From: Woeseiaceae bacterium
GTDB taxonomy: Bacteria; Pseudomonadota; Gammaproteobacteria; Steroidobacterales; Woeseiaceae
Direction of reading: 5' to 3'
Length of the DNA: 39,653 nucleotides
NCBI GenBank assembly: GCA_022866645.1
Contig: JALHUQ010000428.1
Location: 1 to 39,653, forward strand
Every line of letters begins with the position of its first letter. Positions within the stretch are counted from its first letter, which is position 1. This document shows positions 1-7,602 of the stretch, piece after piece. The notes under the pieces are model-generated. The model did not search any database and was not told the origin of the DNA. It saw nothing but the letters and a program-made list of their open reading frames with translations. Both the position numbers and the translations under genes were made by a program.

Positions 1-322
1 TCCGCGCTGCGCTCTCCCGCGAGCGCCGTCCCCGGCATCAGGTATTTCCCCATCGCCAATCCGCCGATCAGCACGGGTTCGTAGCCGATTTCGCGATCTC
101 TCGGTCGCGATACGGGTTCATAGATAATCCTCGGTGCAGTGAGGCCAGATGTGTCTGGCTGGTGCTACGCCAGAATACTGATAAATTGGACTGGATCAAC
201 TCTGACAATTGCAGGCGGTGGCCGGAAGAACATTGAACTCCCGGTCGCCTGTCGCAGCCGACGTATAGGCTGTAAACTCGTGCACCGTTATCTCGTTGGC
301 ACGCCTGGACCCGGAGTACCTG

Positions 323-3223
323 ATGAAAAAACTGATTACCGTCCTATCCCTGGCACTGCTGTTTTCGGCTTGCAGCAAGGAAGCGGAATCGCCTGCAAAG
401 ATATTCGATATGCCGTACCTGATGCGGGATCTCGACAACGGTCTGCGCGTCATCATCGTGCCCACGGATTACCCCGACATCGTGACGCTGCAGATTCCGG
501 TGCAGACCGGATCGCGCAATGAGATCGAGCCCGGCAAGACCGGTTTTGCGCATTTCTTTGAACACATGATGTTTCGCGGGACGAAAAAGTATCCAGCTGA
601 CGTCTACGCCGACATTCTCAAGAAGGCGGGCGCCGATCAGAATGCCTACACAACGGATGATTACACGAACTATCACATCACGTTTACCAAAGGCGACCTC
701 GAGAAGATGATCGAGGTCGAAGCGGATCGCTTTCAGAACCTGAGTTACAGCGAAGAGGCATTCCAGACCGAAGCCCTGGCGGTCAAGGGCGAGTACCTGA
801 AGAACTTCTCGAATCCGATATCCAAGATGCTCGAACGCATCAGTGACCTGATGTATTCGGTCCACACCTACAAGCATACGACGATGGGTTTTATCGAGGA
901 TATCGAGGCGATGCCGCAACAGCTCGAGTACTCGAAAACATTTTTTGATCGCTGGTATCGCCCGGAAAAAACTGTCGTGATCCTGGTCGGCGATCTTGAA
1001 TCGGAACCGACTTTCGAGCTCGTGAAAAAATACTGGGGTGGCTGGAAGCGCGGAGATTACAACATCGATGTGCCGGTCGAGCCCCCTTTGGGTGGCCCGA
1101 AGTACGAGCACATGCAATGGGACAGCCCGACCCAGCCCTGGCTGGTAATGGCGTATCGCGGCCCGGCTTACGATCCGACGCAAAAAGACATGCCATCGCT
1201 CGATTTGATTTCATCTATCTATTTTTCCGATTCGTCCGAGCTATACCGCCAGCTGGTTATCGAAGACCAGTCGGTCGATCAGCTGTTTGCCTATTTCCCC
1301 GATGCAAAAGACCCTGGCATGCTGCTGATTGCAGCGCGCCTGACCGATGCCGCTCGCCCGGTAGCAGTGCGAGATGCAATCAACGCGACGCTCGTCGCAA
1401 CGCGTACGCAGCTGGTTGAATCGAAAAAGGTCGAAGAAACAAAATCGCGTCTGCGTTACGGCTTTACGGCGCAACTGGATAATTCGGGCAGCATCGGCTC
1501 AAATCTTGCAAGTTATGTGCAGTTATTCCGTAGCCCGGAGACGATCAATGAAGTCTACGCAACCTACGATACGCTGACCGCAGAAGATCTTCGTAATGCT
1601 GCAAACAAATATTTCGTGGATGACTCGCGTGTAACGTTTACTTTATCCAGCGACGAATCGGTACCGGGTATCGACGGCATGTCGTCCGTAGACGACCTCG
1701 TCGCGGCGGCGGGGATGGCCGCGGCACCGGAGTCGAAAGCGGTAGCAGCAGAGGAGACTGTGCTCACGGTAGAAAAGCCGGCTGAGGTCACGCCAGTATC
1801 CATCATCGCCAAGCCATCGACCTCATCGCCGCTCGTCGATGTTGCGTATCTCGTGCATGTCGGTGCCGGCTTTGACCCGGCGGGCAAGAAAGGCCTGGCT
1901 ACGTTAACGGCAACCATGTTGACCGACGGTGGTTCACAGGCGAAGTCGATACAGGAAATCAATGCCGCGATGTATCCGATTGCGTCGGGTTTCAATGCAC
2001 AGGTCGATAAGGAAATGACACGCCTGTCGGGCCAGGTACATAAAGACAATCTCGATCTCTGGTATTCGCTGGTGCGCGGCCAGCTGCTGTTCCCGGCCTG
2101 GTCCGAAAAGGACTTCGAACGCATCAAGACGCAGGTCGCCAATTCGATCCGTACCGACCTTGTCGGCAACAACGACGAAGAACTCGGTAAGGAATACCTG
2201 TACGAGTCGATCTACGGCGGCGAGCACCCTTATGGCTCACTGAATCTTGGCCATGTGGCGGACATCGAAGCCATAACGCTCGACGACGTCAAGGCGTTCT
2301 ATCGCAAGTACTACACGGTCGCCAACATCACTGTCGGCTTGTCGGGTGGCTACCCGGAATCTTTCCCGGCAACGATCAGCGATGATCTGCAAAAACTCGA
2401 GCCCGGTGTCAGGGAGGAGCTCGATGCACCTGCGGCGCCACCGCTTAAGGGCCGCAGTGCTGTGATCATCCAGAAGGAAACGCCGGCGGTTGCAGTTTCG
2501 TTCGGCTTCCCGATCGACCTCAAGCGTGGCGACAAGGACTGGGTCGCGTTGTGGCTGGCGCGTTCGTATCTTGGTGAACACCGCAGCACAAACTCGCATT
2601 TGTATCAGCGCATTCGCGAAACCCGCGGTATGAACTACGGCGACTACGCGTACATCGAATATTTCCCGCGCGGCATGTCCCAGTTTCATCCGGACACCAA
2701 TCTTGGCCGGCAGCAGCAGATCTTCCAGATCTGGATCCGCCCCGTGCGCAGCAACAATGATGCGCAATTTGCGACACGAGTGGCAATGTACGAGCTCGAG
2801 AAACTGATTGACGAGGGCATGACGGAATCCGACTTCGAGACGACGCGGGCGTACCTTGGCAAGTTTGTCAGTCTCCTGACCGATGGCCAGGCGCGCCAAC
2901 TCGGCTATGCATTGGACAGTCAGTATTACCACACGGAAGAATTCTCCAGTTACGTGCGCAACGCCCTCAATGGACTGACGCTCGACGATGTCAACCGGGT
3001 CATTCGTGAGAACCTGAACACAGAGAACATGCAGTATGTGTTTGTTGCGAAAGATGCCGAGGATCTGCAGCAACGGTTGGTATCGGACGAGGCATCGCCC
3101 ATGACCTACGACGCCGACCTGCCGCAGGAAGTGCTCGACGAAGACAAGGTGATCGACAGCATTCCACTTGGCTTCAGCGCCGACAAGGTGCGCATCGTGA
3201 AGGGCGAAGAGGTGTTCGACTAG
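323..3223 (+). CDS. M16 (pitrilysin/insulinase) family zinc metallopeptidase, fused two-unit form, predicted lipoprotein
   Basis: ORF 296..3223. HxxEH zinc motif (HFFEH) in the N-terminal unit and a second M16-like unit in the C-terminal half. Internal ATG 323 is preceded by GGAG and followed by MKKLITVLSLALLFSAC (lipobox LFSAC), so 323 is preferred over 296. Confidence 0.85.
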   Translation: MKKLITVLSLALLFSACSKEAESPAKIFDMPYLMRDLDNGLRVIIVPTDYPDIVTLQIPVQTGSRNEIEPGKTGFAHFFEHMMFRGTKKYPADVYADILKKAGADQNAYTTDDYTNYHITFTKGDLEKMIEVEADRFQNLSYSEEAFQTEALAVKGEYLKNFSNPISKMLERISDLMYSVHTYKHTTMGFIEDIEAMPQQLEYSKTFFDRWYRPEKTVVILVGDLESEPTFELVKKYWGGWKRGDYNIDVPVEPPLGGPKYEHMQWDSPTQPWLVMAYRGPAYDPTQKDMPSLDLISSIYFSDSSELYRQLVIEDQSVDQLFAYFPDAKDPGMLLIAARLTDAARPVAVRDAINATLVATRTQLVESKKVEETKSRLRYGFTAQLDNSGSIGSNLASYVQLFRSPETINEVYATYDTLTAEDLRNAANKYFVDDSRVTFTLSSDESVPGIDGMSSVDDLVAAAGMAAAPESKAVAAEETVLTVEKPAEVTPVSIIAKPSTSSPLVDVAYLVHVGAGFDPAGKKGLATLTATMLTDGGSQAKSIQEINAAMYPIASGFNAQVDKEMTRLSGQVHKDNLDLWYSLVRGQLLFPAWSEKDFERIKTQVANSIRTDLVGNNDEELGKEYLYESIYGGEHPYGSLNLGHVADIEAITLDDVKAFYRKYYTVANITVGLSGGYPESFPATISDDLQKLEPGVREELDAPAAPPLKGRSAVIIQKETPAVAVSFGFPIDLKRGDKDWVALWLARSYLGEHRSTNSHLYQRIRETRGMNYGDYAYIEYFPRGMSQFHPDTNLGRQQQIFQIWIRPVRSNNDAQFATRVAMYELEKLIDEGMTESDFETTRAYLGKFVSLLTDGQARQLGYALDSQYYHTEEFSSYVRNALNGLTLDDVNRVIRENLNTENMQYVFVAKDAEDLQQRLVSDEASPMTYDADLPQEVLDEDKVIDSIPLGFSADKVRIVKGEEVFD

Positions 3224-3230
3224 GCGGACT

Positions 3231-3268
3231 TAACCCTGAGCACAATTGCAGCATAGCCATCAGGGTTA
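3231..3268. terminator. Inverted repeat between convergent genes (possible bidirectional terminator hairpin)
   Basis: TAACCCTGA (3231-3239) pairs with TCAGGGTTA (3260-3268): 9-bp arms, 20-nt loop. No clear U-tract. Confidence 0.3.
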
Positions 3269-3275
3269 GAATGCA

Positions 3276-4028
3276 TCAACGAGTCAGCCGACGCAGAAGC
3301 GACAGCGCCTGGTCGAGATAACCGGAACCAAAAAGGTTCAGGTGATTGAGGACGTGATAGAGCTGGTACAGCTCGAGACGCTCCGCGCTGCCGGCCGCCA
3401 GCGGCCAGGCGCGTTCGTATGCACGATAGAACGCACCGCCGAAACCACCGAACAACCGGGTCATCGCAATGTCGGTCTCGCGATCGCCGAAGTAGACGGC
3501 CGGGTCAAAGATCACCGGCACGCCGTCGGCGACGCCCCAGTTGCCGGCCCACAGGTCGCCGTGCAGCAATGACGGTGCCGGGTCATAGCCCTCGAAAAGG
3601 TCGCCGATACACTCTGCGAGCCGGTTGCCCCGGTCCTGTAGCTCGCCCGCGTAGCCGTTGCGGGCGGCCAGGTCGAGCTGAAACTGCAGGCGATGGACGC
3701 GGAAAAACGCCACCCAGTCGTCGGTCTGCGGGTTGTGCTGCGGTGTCGACCCGATCGTGTTGTCGCGGTGCCAGCCGTGCAAGTCCGCCGTGTGCCGGTG
3801 CAGCGCGGCGAGCCCTGCACCGAGCGTGGCCGCATCGCGTTCCCGGCCGCGCTCAAGCTCGAAGCGCTCCATCTCGATGTAGGCGCCATCCGCGTCGGTA
3901 CCGACGTCGTAGACTTCGGGCACGCGGATGGCGCCGGCCTTCTTCAGTTCCGCCAGCCCCTCGGCTTCCGCCTCGAACATGGCCAGTGCGGACGGCGAAC
4001 CCTGCTTTCTGAATTTGGTGGATGACAT
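3276..4028 (-). CDS. Fructosamine/ketosamine kinase family protein (YniA-like), N-terminally short, possibly truncated
   Basis: ORF 3276..4100. Kinase-core motifs LHGDLWAGNWG and FDPAVYFGDRETDIAMT are present. The family-like sequence starts at MSSTKFRKQG (ATG 4028), which lines up with the FxK lysine strand. The usual ~35-aa Gly-rich N-terminus is absent and no candidate start has a Shine-Dalgarno. Confidence 0.7.
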   Translation of the reverse strand: MSSTKFRKQGSPSALAMFEAEAEGLAELKKAGAIRVPEVYDVGTDADGAYIEMERFELERGRERDAATLGAGLAALHRHTADLHGWHRDNTIGSTPQHNPQTDDWVAFFRVHRLQFQLDLAARNGYAGELQDRGNRLAECIGDLFEGYDPAPSLLHGDLWAGNWGVADGVPVIFDPAVYFGDRETDIAMTRLFGGFGGAFYRAYERAWPLAAGSAERLELYQLYHVLNHLNLFGSGYLDQALSLLRRLTR

Positions 4029-4103
4029 GGGGATCGGTATTCCGGCGCGTCTTTGTCCGGGCATTCTACAGGCGCTCGAGTCGTTCATCGATCGCGTCAC
4101 TTT

Positions 4104-4376
4104 TCACAGCGAACTACTGGTACCGCCGCCCCTCGTGTTCGAGCCAAGCCGCAGAATAAAACGTTGATGGCGGCTGCCCTCGTTATCGTCGGGCAGTATG
4201 CGGCTCACCGTGCCTGTGCCACTGACCTGCTGGCCGGCTTGCCATTGAGCGCTGGTCTGAGTAACCGGTGATTCGAATGTGGTCGGCGTTGCGTTGTCTT
4301 GAAACGCCGGATCCGACTGTTGGACAACGTAATACGCTCCAGCAGCGGCCAGGACGAAGAATAGAATTTTTTTCAT
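4104..4376 (-). pseudogene. DUF3465-like small secreted/membrane-anchored protein, apparently disrupted by an internal deletion and frameshift
   Basis: N-terminal hydrophobic segment MKKILFFVLAAAGAYYVV and the family-typical block LPDDNEGSRHQRFIL. The reading frame then runs into unrelated GSNTRGGGTSSSL*. An alternative frame of the same nucleotides reads ..AAWLEHEGRRYQ* (stop 4114-4116), which resembles the family C-terminus as I recall it. Confidence 0.5.
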
Positions 4377-4496
4377 GATTTAGTCTGGTTGCACTACTCG
4401 AAATGGATTCTTGCACGGCGAGGTAGCGTTGGAAATATTTCTGAGATTGGTCGCTTCGGGCCTGTCGTCGCGATGCTCCTCGGTTGAACCACCGAC

Positions 4497-4625
4497 GCGT
4501 GCTGTAAGACCGGTTGGATTGCTCGGATAATTGAGAATCATTTTGCTTGGCGCCAATCAGCGACGGCCGCGGAATCGCAGCGCGTCCTGTGTCATGATTA
4601 GCGCCAAGCGCAACACGTTGGCATG
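4497..4625 (-). pseudogene. Class I/II aminotransferase gene fragment (internal piece only)
   Basis: The minus strand of 4500-4556 encodes LAPSKMILNYPSNPTGLTA, identical to the intact aminotransferase at 12033..13298. There is an in-frame TGA at 4557-4559. Weaker similarity continues to ~4625. Neither gene end is present. Confidence 0.65.
4504..4556 (-). repeat. 53-nt direct repeat, copy A (partner 12760-12812)
   Basis: 49/53 identical to 12760-12812 in the same orientation. All 4 mismatches are synonymous third-codon positions. Confidence 0.9.
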
Positions 4626-4635
4626 CGAGTGAACT

Positions 4636-6444
4636 ATGGACGAGTCAGTAGAGGCAGAGCGCCGGGTACTGGATGCTATTGATACCCGGCAGGTCGCCGA
4701 TTTCTCTTCTCTGCCCGCGCCGCAACGTGTGCTTAGCGCCGAGTTTCTGCAGGCGCTGATTTCCGGATCGCATACAGCGCAGGGGGAACTGTGTTGCCCG
4801 CTTCGCATACGCGGCGCTGAAATTGTTGGCCCACTACGGCCGCCCACCGGACTGAAGCACGGCGGTAACACCGCGTTGCAGTTTCGATCATGCACTTTCG
4901 ATTCGCCGGTCGATTTGAGTGGCGCCGAATTCCTGGTCCTGCGTTTCGTCGAATGCAACTTGCCGGCCTTCATCGGCGCGAGCCTTAACGTGCGGGCGGA
5001 TCTCGATCTTTCCGGTTCGCAATTCTCCGGCGTCAGCGACTACGAATCGGAATTGAGCCAGGTCGGCACCGGTGCGATTCATCTCAACAACGCTCGCATT
5101 GGCGGTCGCCTGGTCCTCTGTTCTACGCAGGCATCCCGATTCAGCGCCGCCGGTTCGGTGCGACTCGATGGCGCTCAGGTCGACGGGGATGTCACGCTGG
5201 CCGGCGCCCTCCTTGATGGTCGGGATCAACCCGCGCTGAGCGCCCGATCGATGATTGTCGGCGGCAACGTCGGTCTCTCGCCGGCGGGTGGATATCGATG
5301 CGAGGCCTACGGCGAAGTTGCTTTCGTGGCCTCACAGATTACGGGCGACCTCATTTGCGATGGCGCCCGGCTGATCAATCCCCGGGGACGTGCACTGCAC
5401 TGCGAAGACCTGAAGGTGGAAACCGTATCCCTGACGGCCAGTGACGAGCCTCATCACCTGTTCGAAGCCAGCGGCAGACTCAATTTTCTCACCGCGATCA
5501 TCGGCGGAAGTTTCTTCCTGACCAATGCCCGTCTGACGCCGGGCCCGGACTATAAGGGCCTGCTCACAGCCGGCGGTCCCGTGATGGCGAATCTGCAGCA
5601 GGTCCGCATCTCCAACGCGCTGGCGCTGCGAAATATTGGCGCCCTTCCACCCGGAGACGCGACACCCGCCATCCACCGTGTTCCAGAGCCGGTCAGGGGA
5701 TGGCTGCTGCTGACGGGTGCACAGTTGAATACGATTCTGGACGACGTTGCGACCGGCTGGCCCGCACCCGGCTTTCTCGACCTGGAGGGCGCTACTTACA
5801 CTCGAATCCGTCATGTCGGGCGCGGCGACCTGATCGAAGAAAGCATTGCCTGGCTGCGCCACCAGTTTCCAAACGGCCGGCCTACCAAGAGCAGCTTTCG
5901 TCCGCAGCCCTACGAACAGTTGAGTCGTGTCCTTCGACAGCATGGCCAGACGCGGGAGGCCGATGCGATTGCCGTTGAAAAGATCCGCATGCGTCTCGCG
6001 GCACGCGTCGACAGACCCTGGACGCGGATCTTCCCGCGATTACTGATGATTATCAGCCACCACGGTTATTCGACCAGTCGTGCCGTCCTGTCTTTCCTGG
6101 TGTTCGTGCTGCTCGGTACGCTGATGTACTCATCGGCGCTGTTTATGTTTGAGCAGTCCTTTGTACCGGTCGAAAACCCGCCCGAGTTGGTGACCTACGA
6201 ATTCGCGTTCGGTCTCGCGAAACTCACGACCGAGAACGGCTGCCCGGGACTCGATCCATTGCATTACGCGCTGGATGCGGCCATGCCCGTGATCGATCTT
6301 GGCCAGGATCTGCGTTGCCGCTTCATGCCGGAAGGCCCGCTGCGCTGGCTGTGGTTGTTGTTGAACAGTCTCTATGTCATCGCCGGCGCTGCCCTGTCGG
6401 CCGTGGTCGTACTGACGCTGACCGGTGTGTTGCGGCGGGACTGA
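4636..6444 (+). CDS. Large membrane protein of unknown function: N-terminal imperfect beta-helix-type repeats plus C-terminal transmembrane module
   Basis: 602-aa ORF. It has repeated ~20-25-aa L.GA.I.G.L.L-type segments such as LDLSGSQFSGV, LNNARIGGRLVL, LDGAQVDGDVTLAGALL and ICDGARLINPRGRALHCEDLKVE. C-terminal hydrophobic helices are AVLSFLVFVLLGTLMYSSALF and LRWLWLLLNSLYVIAGAALSAVVVLTLTGVL, flanking the motif YALDAAMPVIDLGQ. It resembles a family I recall being annotated 'membrane-associated oxidoreductase', with no known function. Confidence 0.75.
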   Translation: MDESVEAERRVLDAIDTRQVADFSSLPAPQRVLSAEFLQALISGSHTAQGELCCPLRIRGAEIVGPLRPPTGLKHGGNTALQFRSCTFDSPVDLSGAEFLVLRFVECNLPAFIGASLNVRADLDLSGSQFSGVSDYESELSQVGTGAIHLNNARIGGRLVLCSTQASRFSAAGSVRLDGAQVDGDVTLAGALLDGRDQPALSARSMIVGGNVGLSPAGGYRCEAYGEVAFVASQITGDLICDGARLINPRGRALHCEDLKVETVSLTASDEPHHLFEASGRLNFLTAIIGGSFFLTNARLTPGPDYKGLLTAGGPVMANLQQVRISNALALRNIGALPPGDATPAIHRVPEPVRGWLLLTGAQLNTILDDVATGWPAPGFLDLEGATYTRIRHVGRGDLIEESIAWLRHQFPNGRPTKSSFRPQPYEQLSRVLRQHGQTREADAIAVEKIRMRLAARVDRPWTRIFPRLLMIISHHGYSTSRAVLSFLVFVLLGTLMYSSALFMFEQSFVPVENPPELVTYEFAFGLAKLTTENGCPGLDPLHYALDAAMPVIDLGQDLRCRFMPEGPLRWLWLLLNSLYVIAGAALSAVVVLTLTGVLRRD

Positions 6445-6458
6445 GTGGGGCTGGTGTG

Positions 6459-6722
6459 TTAGATCAATCTAAGCTGGCCACTCTTGTCCATGTCCAGGCT
6501 CCTGTCCTGAAAGAACGGTTGCAGCGCTTTTGGCAACGCCAATATTGTGTCGCCTTCGTATTCAAATACCATGTCGCTGGGCTGGGGCTTGGCAAGTTTC
6601 AGCGTTAAAAACTTCTCGTCCTTGGGGACGATTCTGAAGCACCTTCCTTGCTGATTCGGGTTGTCACTGGCTGCCAACAACTGGTGAAGTTTGCTCTTCG
6701 TAGTCTTTGTTAGTTCAAGCAT
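6459..6722 (-). CDS. Small HesB/IscA-like-fold protein lacking the Fe-S cysteines
   Basis: ORF 6459..6734 begins with TTG, but ATG 6722 is preceded by GGAGAG. The pattern LELTKTTKSKLHQLL..CFRIV..LTLKL..DMVFEYEGDTILAL..L..RSLDMD matches the HesB-like domain layout. The C-terminal Cys motif is absent. Confidence 0.5.
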   Translation of the reverse strand: MLELTKTTKSKLHQLLAASDNPNQQGRCFRIVPKDEKFLTLKLAKPQPSDMVFEYEGDTILALPKALQPFFQDRSLDMDKSGQLRLI

Positions 6723-6758
6723 ATGTCTCTCCAAAAATTCATGTTCGTTCGTCGGGTG

Positions 6759-7202
6759 TCATAGATTCTGTTTTATGTCTTCGAGCCGCTCTTTGAGGAC
6801 TTCGGACTCGCGCATACTCCGAATAAGCGTCACTCGACCGTTGGACCTGGGCCTGACGCTCTGTAGCGCTTCGGTCAGGCCCGCAACGGACGAGCAAAGT
6901 CTCTGATGCAGCGAGCTATCCAGATCATTGGCCAGCTTCACTGTTTCCGTCGACGCAGCGAGCAATTTCGGCAACGCTTCCAACATGTTTACTTCTGTCG
7001 GATTCGACTGGATACGCTTCCTGTCAGCCAGAAAGTGGTCCAGCTCCGCGATCTCACTCCAGGTAAGCTTTGCAGCGACATGCGGAGGGACCGACTCGAG
7101 GTGCGCATCAAAAGCGACAACCTTTCGAAGCCTGTCAGCGTCGTCCACAGTCTTGTCATCTCGTGTGCAGATGATCTGGTTGCCCGCAACGGTGAACTTC
7201 AT
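6759..7202 (-). CDS. Hypothetical protein (147 aa), no recognisable domain
   Basis: Same-strand ORF packed between neighbouring operon genes. No family recognised. Confidence 0.55.
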   Translation of the reverse strand: MKFTVAGNQIICTRDDKTVDDADRLRKVVAFDAHLESVPPHVAAKLTWSEIAELDHFLADRKRIQSNPTEVNMLEALPKLLAASTETVKLANDLDSSLHQRLCSSVAGLTEALQSVRPRSNGRVTLIRSMRESEVLKERLEDIKQNL

Positions 7203-7242
7203 CTTTGACCTTCTTTGCTAATTGCTCTGGCAATGCTTTTGT

Positions 7243-7548
7243 TCATTGAAACCTCTTGCTGGCACTATCGGCGGCATTGGCGACAGACTTCCATGCTTGC
7301 TCAACACCGAGCTTAAGGTCCTCCCAGGCTGGTTGACTTGCGGCGCGCAACTCCTGCAGGCGCTGTTCTGCCTTGTCCTTCGACTCGTGAATTTCATTGA
7401 GTTTTATCTTGAGTTCACGGCGTGCATCCCCTGTTTTTTCGTTGGCCGTAGCCTCAAGGCCTTTGATCTTCGCGTTCAGGAGATCAAGCTTCTCTTGTGC
7501 TTGTGCGATGAATTCGTTTCTTTCCTCTGTCATTTTTTCCTGTGTCAT
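7243..7548 (-). CDS. Coiled-coil stress-associated small protein (101 aa)
   Basis: Charged heptad-like sequence (EKLDLLNAKIKGLEATANEKTGDARRELKIKLNEIHESKDKAEQRLQELR). Lies directly downstream of the USP gene on the same strand. Confidence 0.6.
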   Translation of the reverse strand: MTQEKMTEERNEFIAQAQEKLDLLNAKIKGLEATANEKTGDARRELKIKLNEIHESKDKAEQRLQELRAASQPAWEDLKLGVEQAWKSVANAADSASKRFQ

Positions 7549-7602
7549 ACATTCCTCCAGTAGGTTTAAGGTCGATCGAGCGTCATGCGCTCCTCTCTCG
7601 TT

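Noticed and set aside
1-165. Open minus-strand frame at the left edge (..REIGYEPVLIGGLAMGKYLMPGTALAGERSA, running off the window), with a possible GTG start at 74-72 or an ATG at 53-51.
   Set aside because: Fewer than 55 codons are visible, there is no clear start or RBS, and no family was recognised. It may be the 5' end of a real gene divergent from the M16 peptidase, but this cannot be supported from the window.
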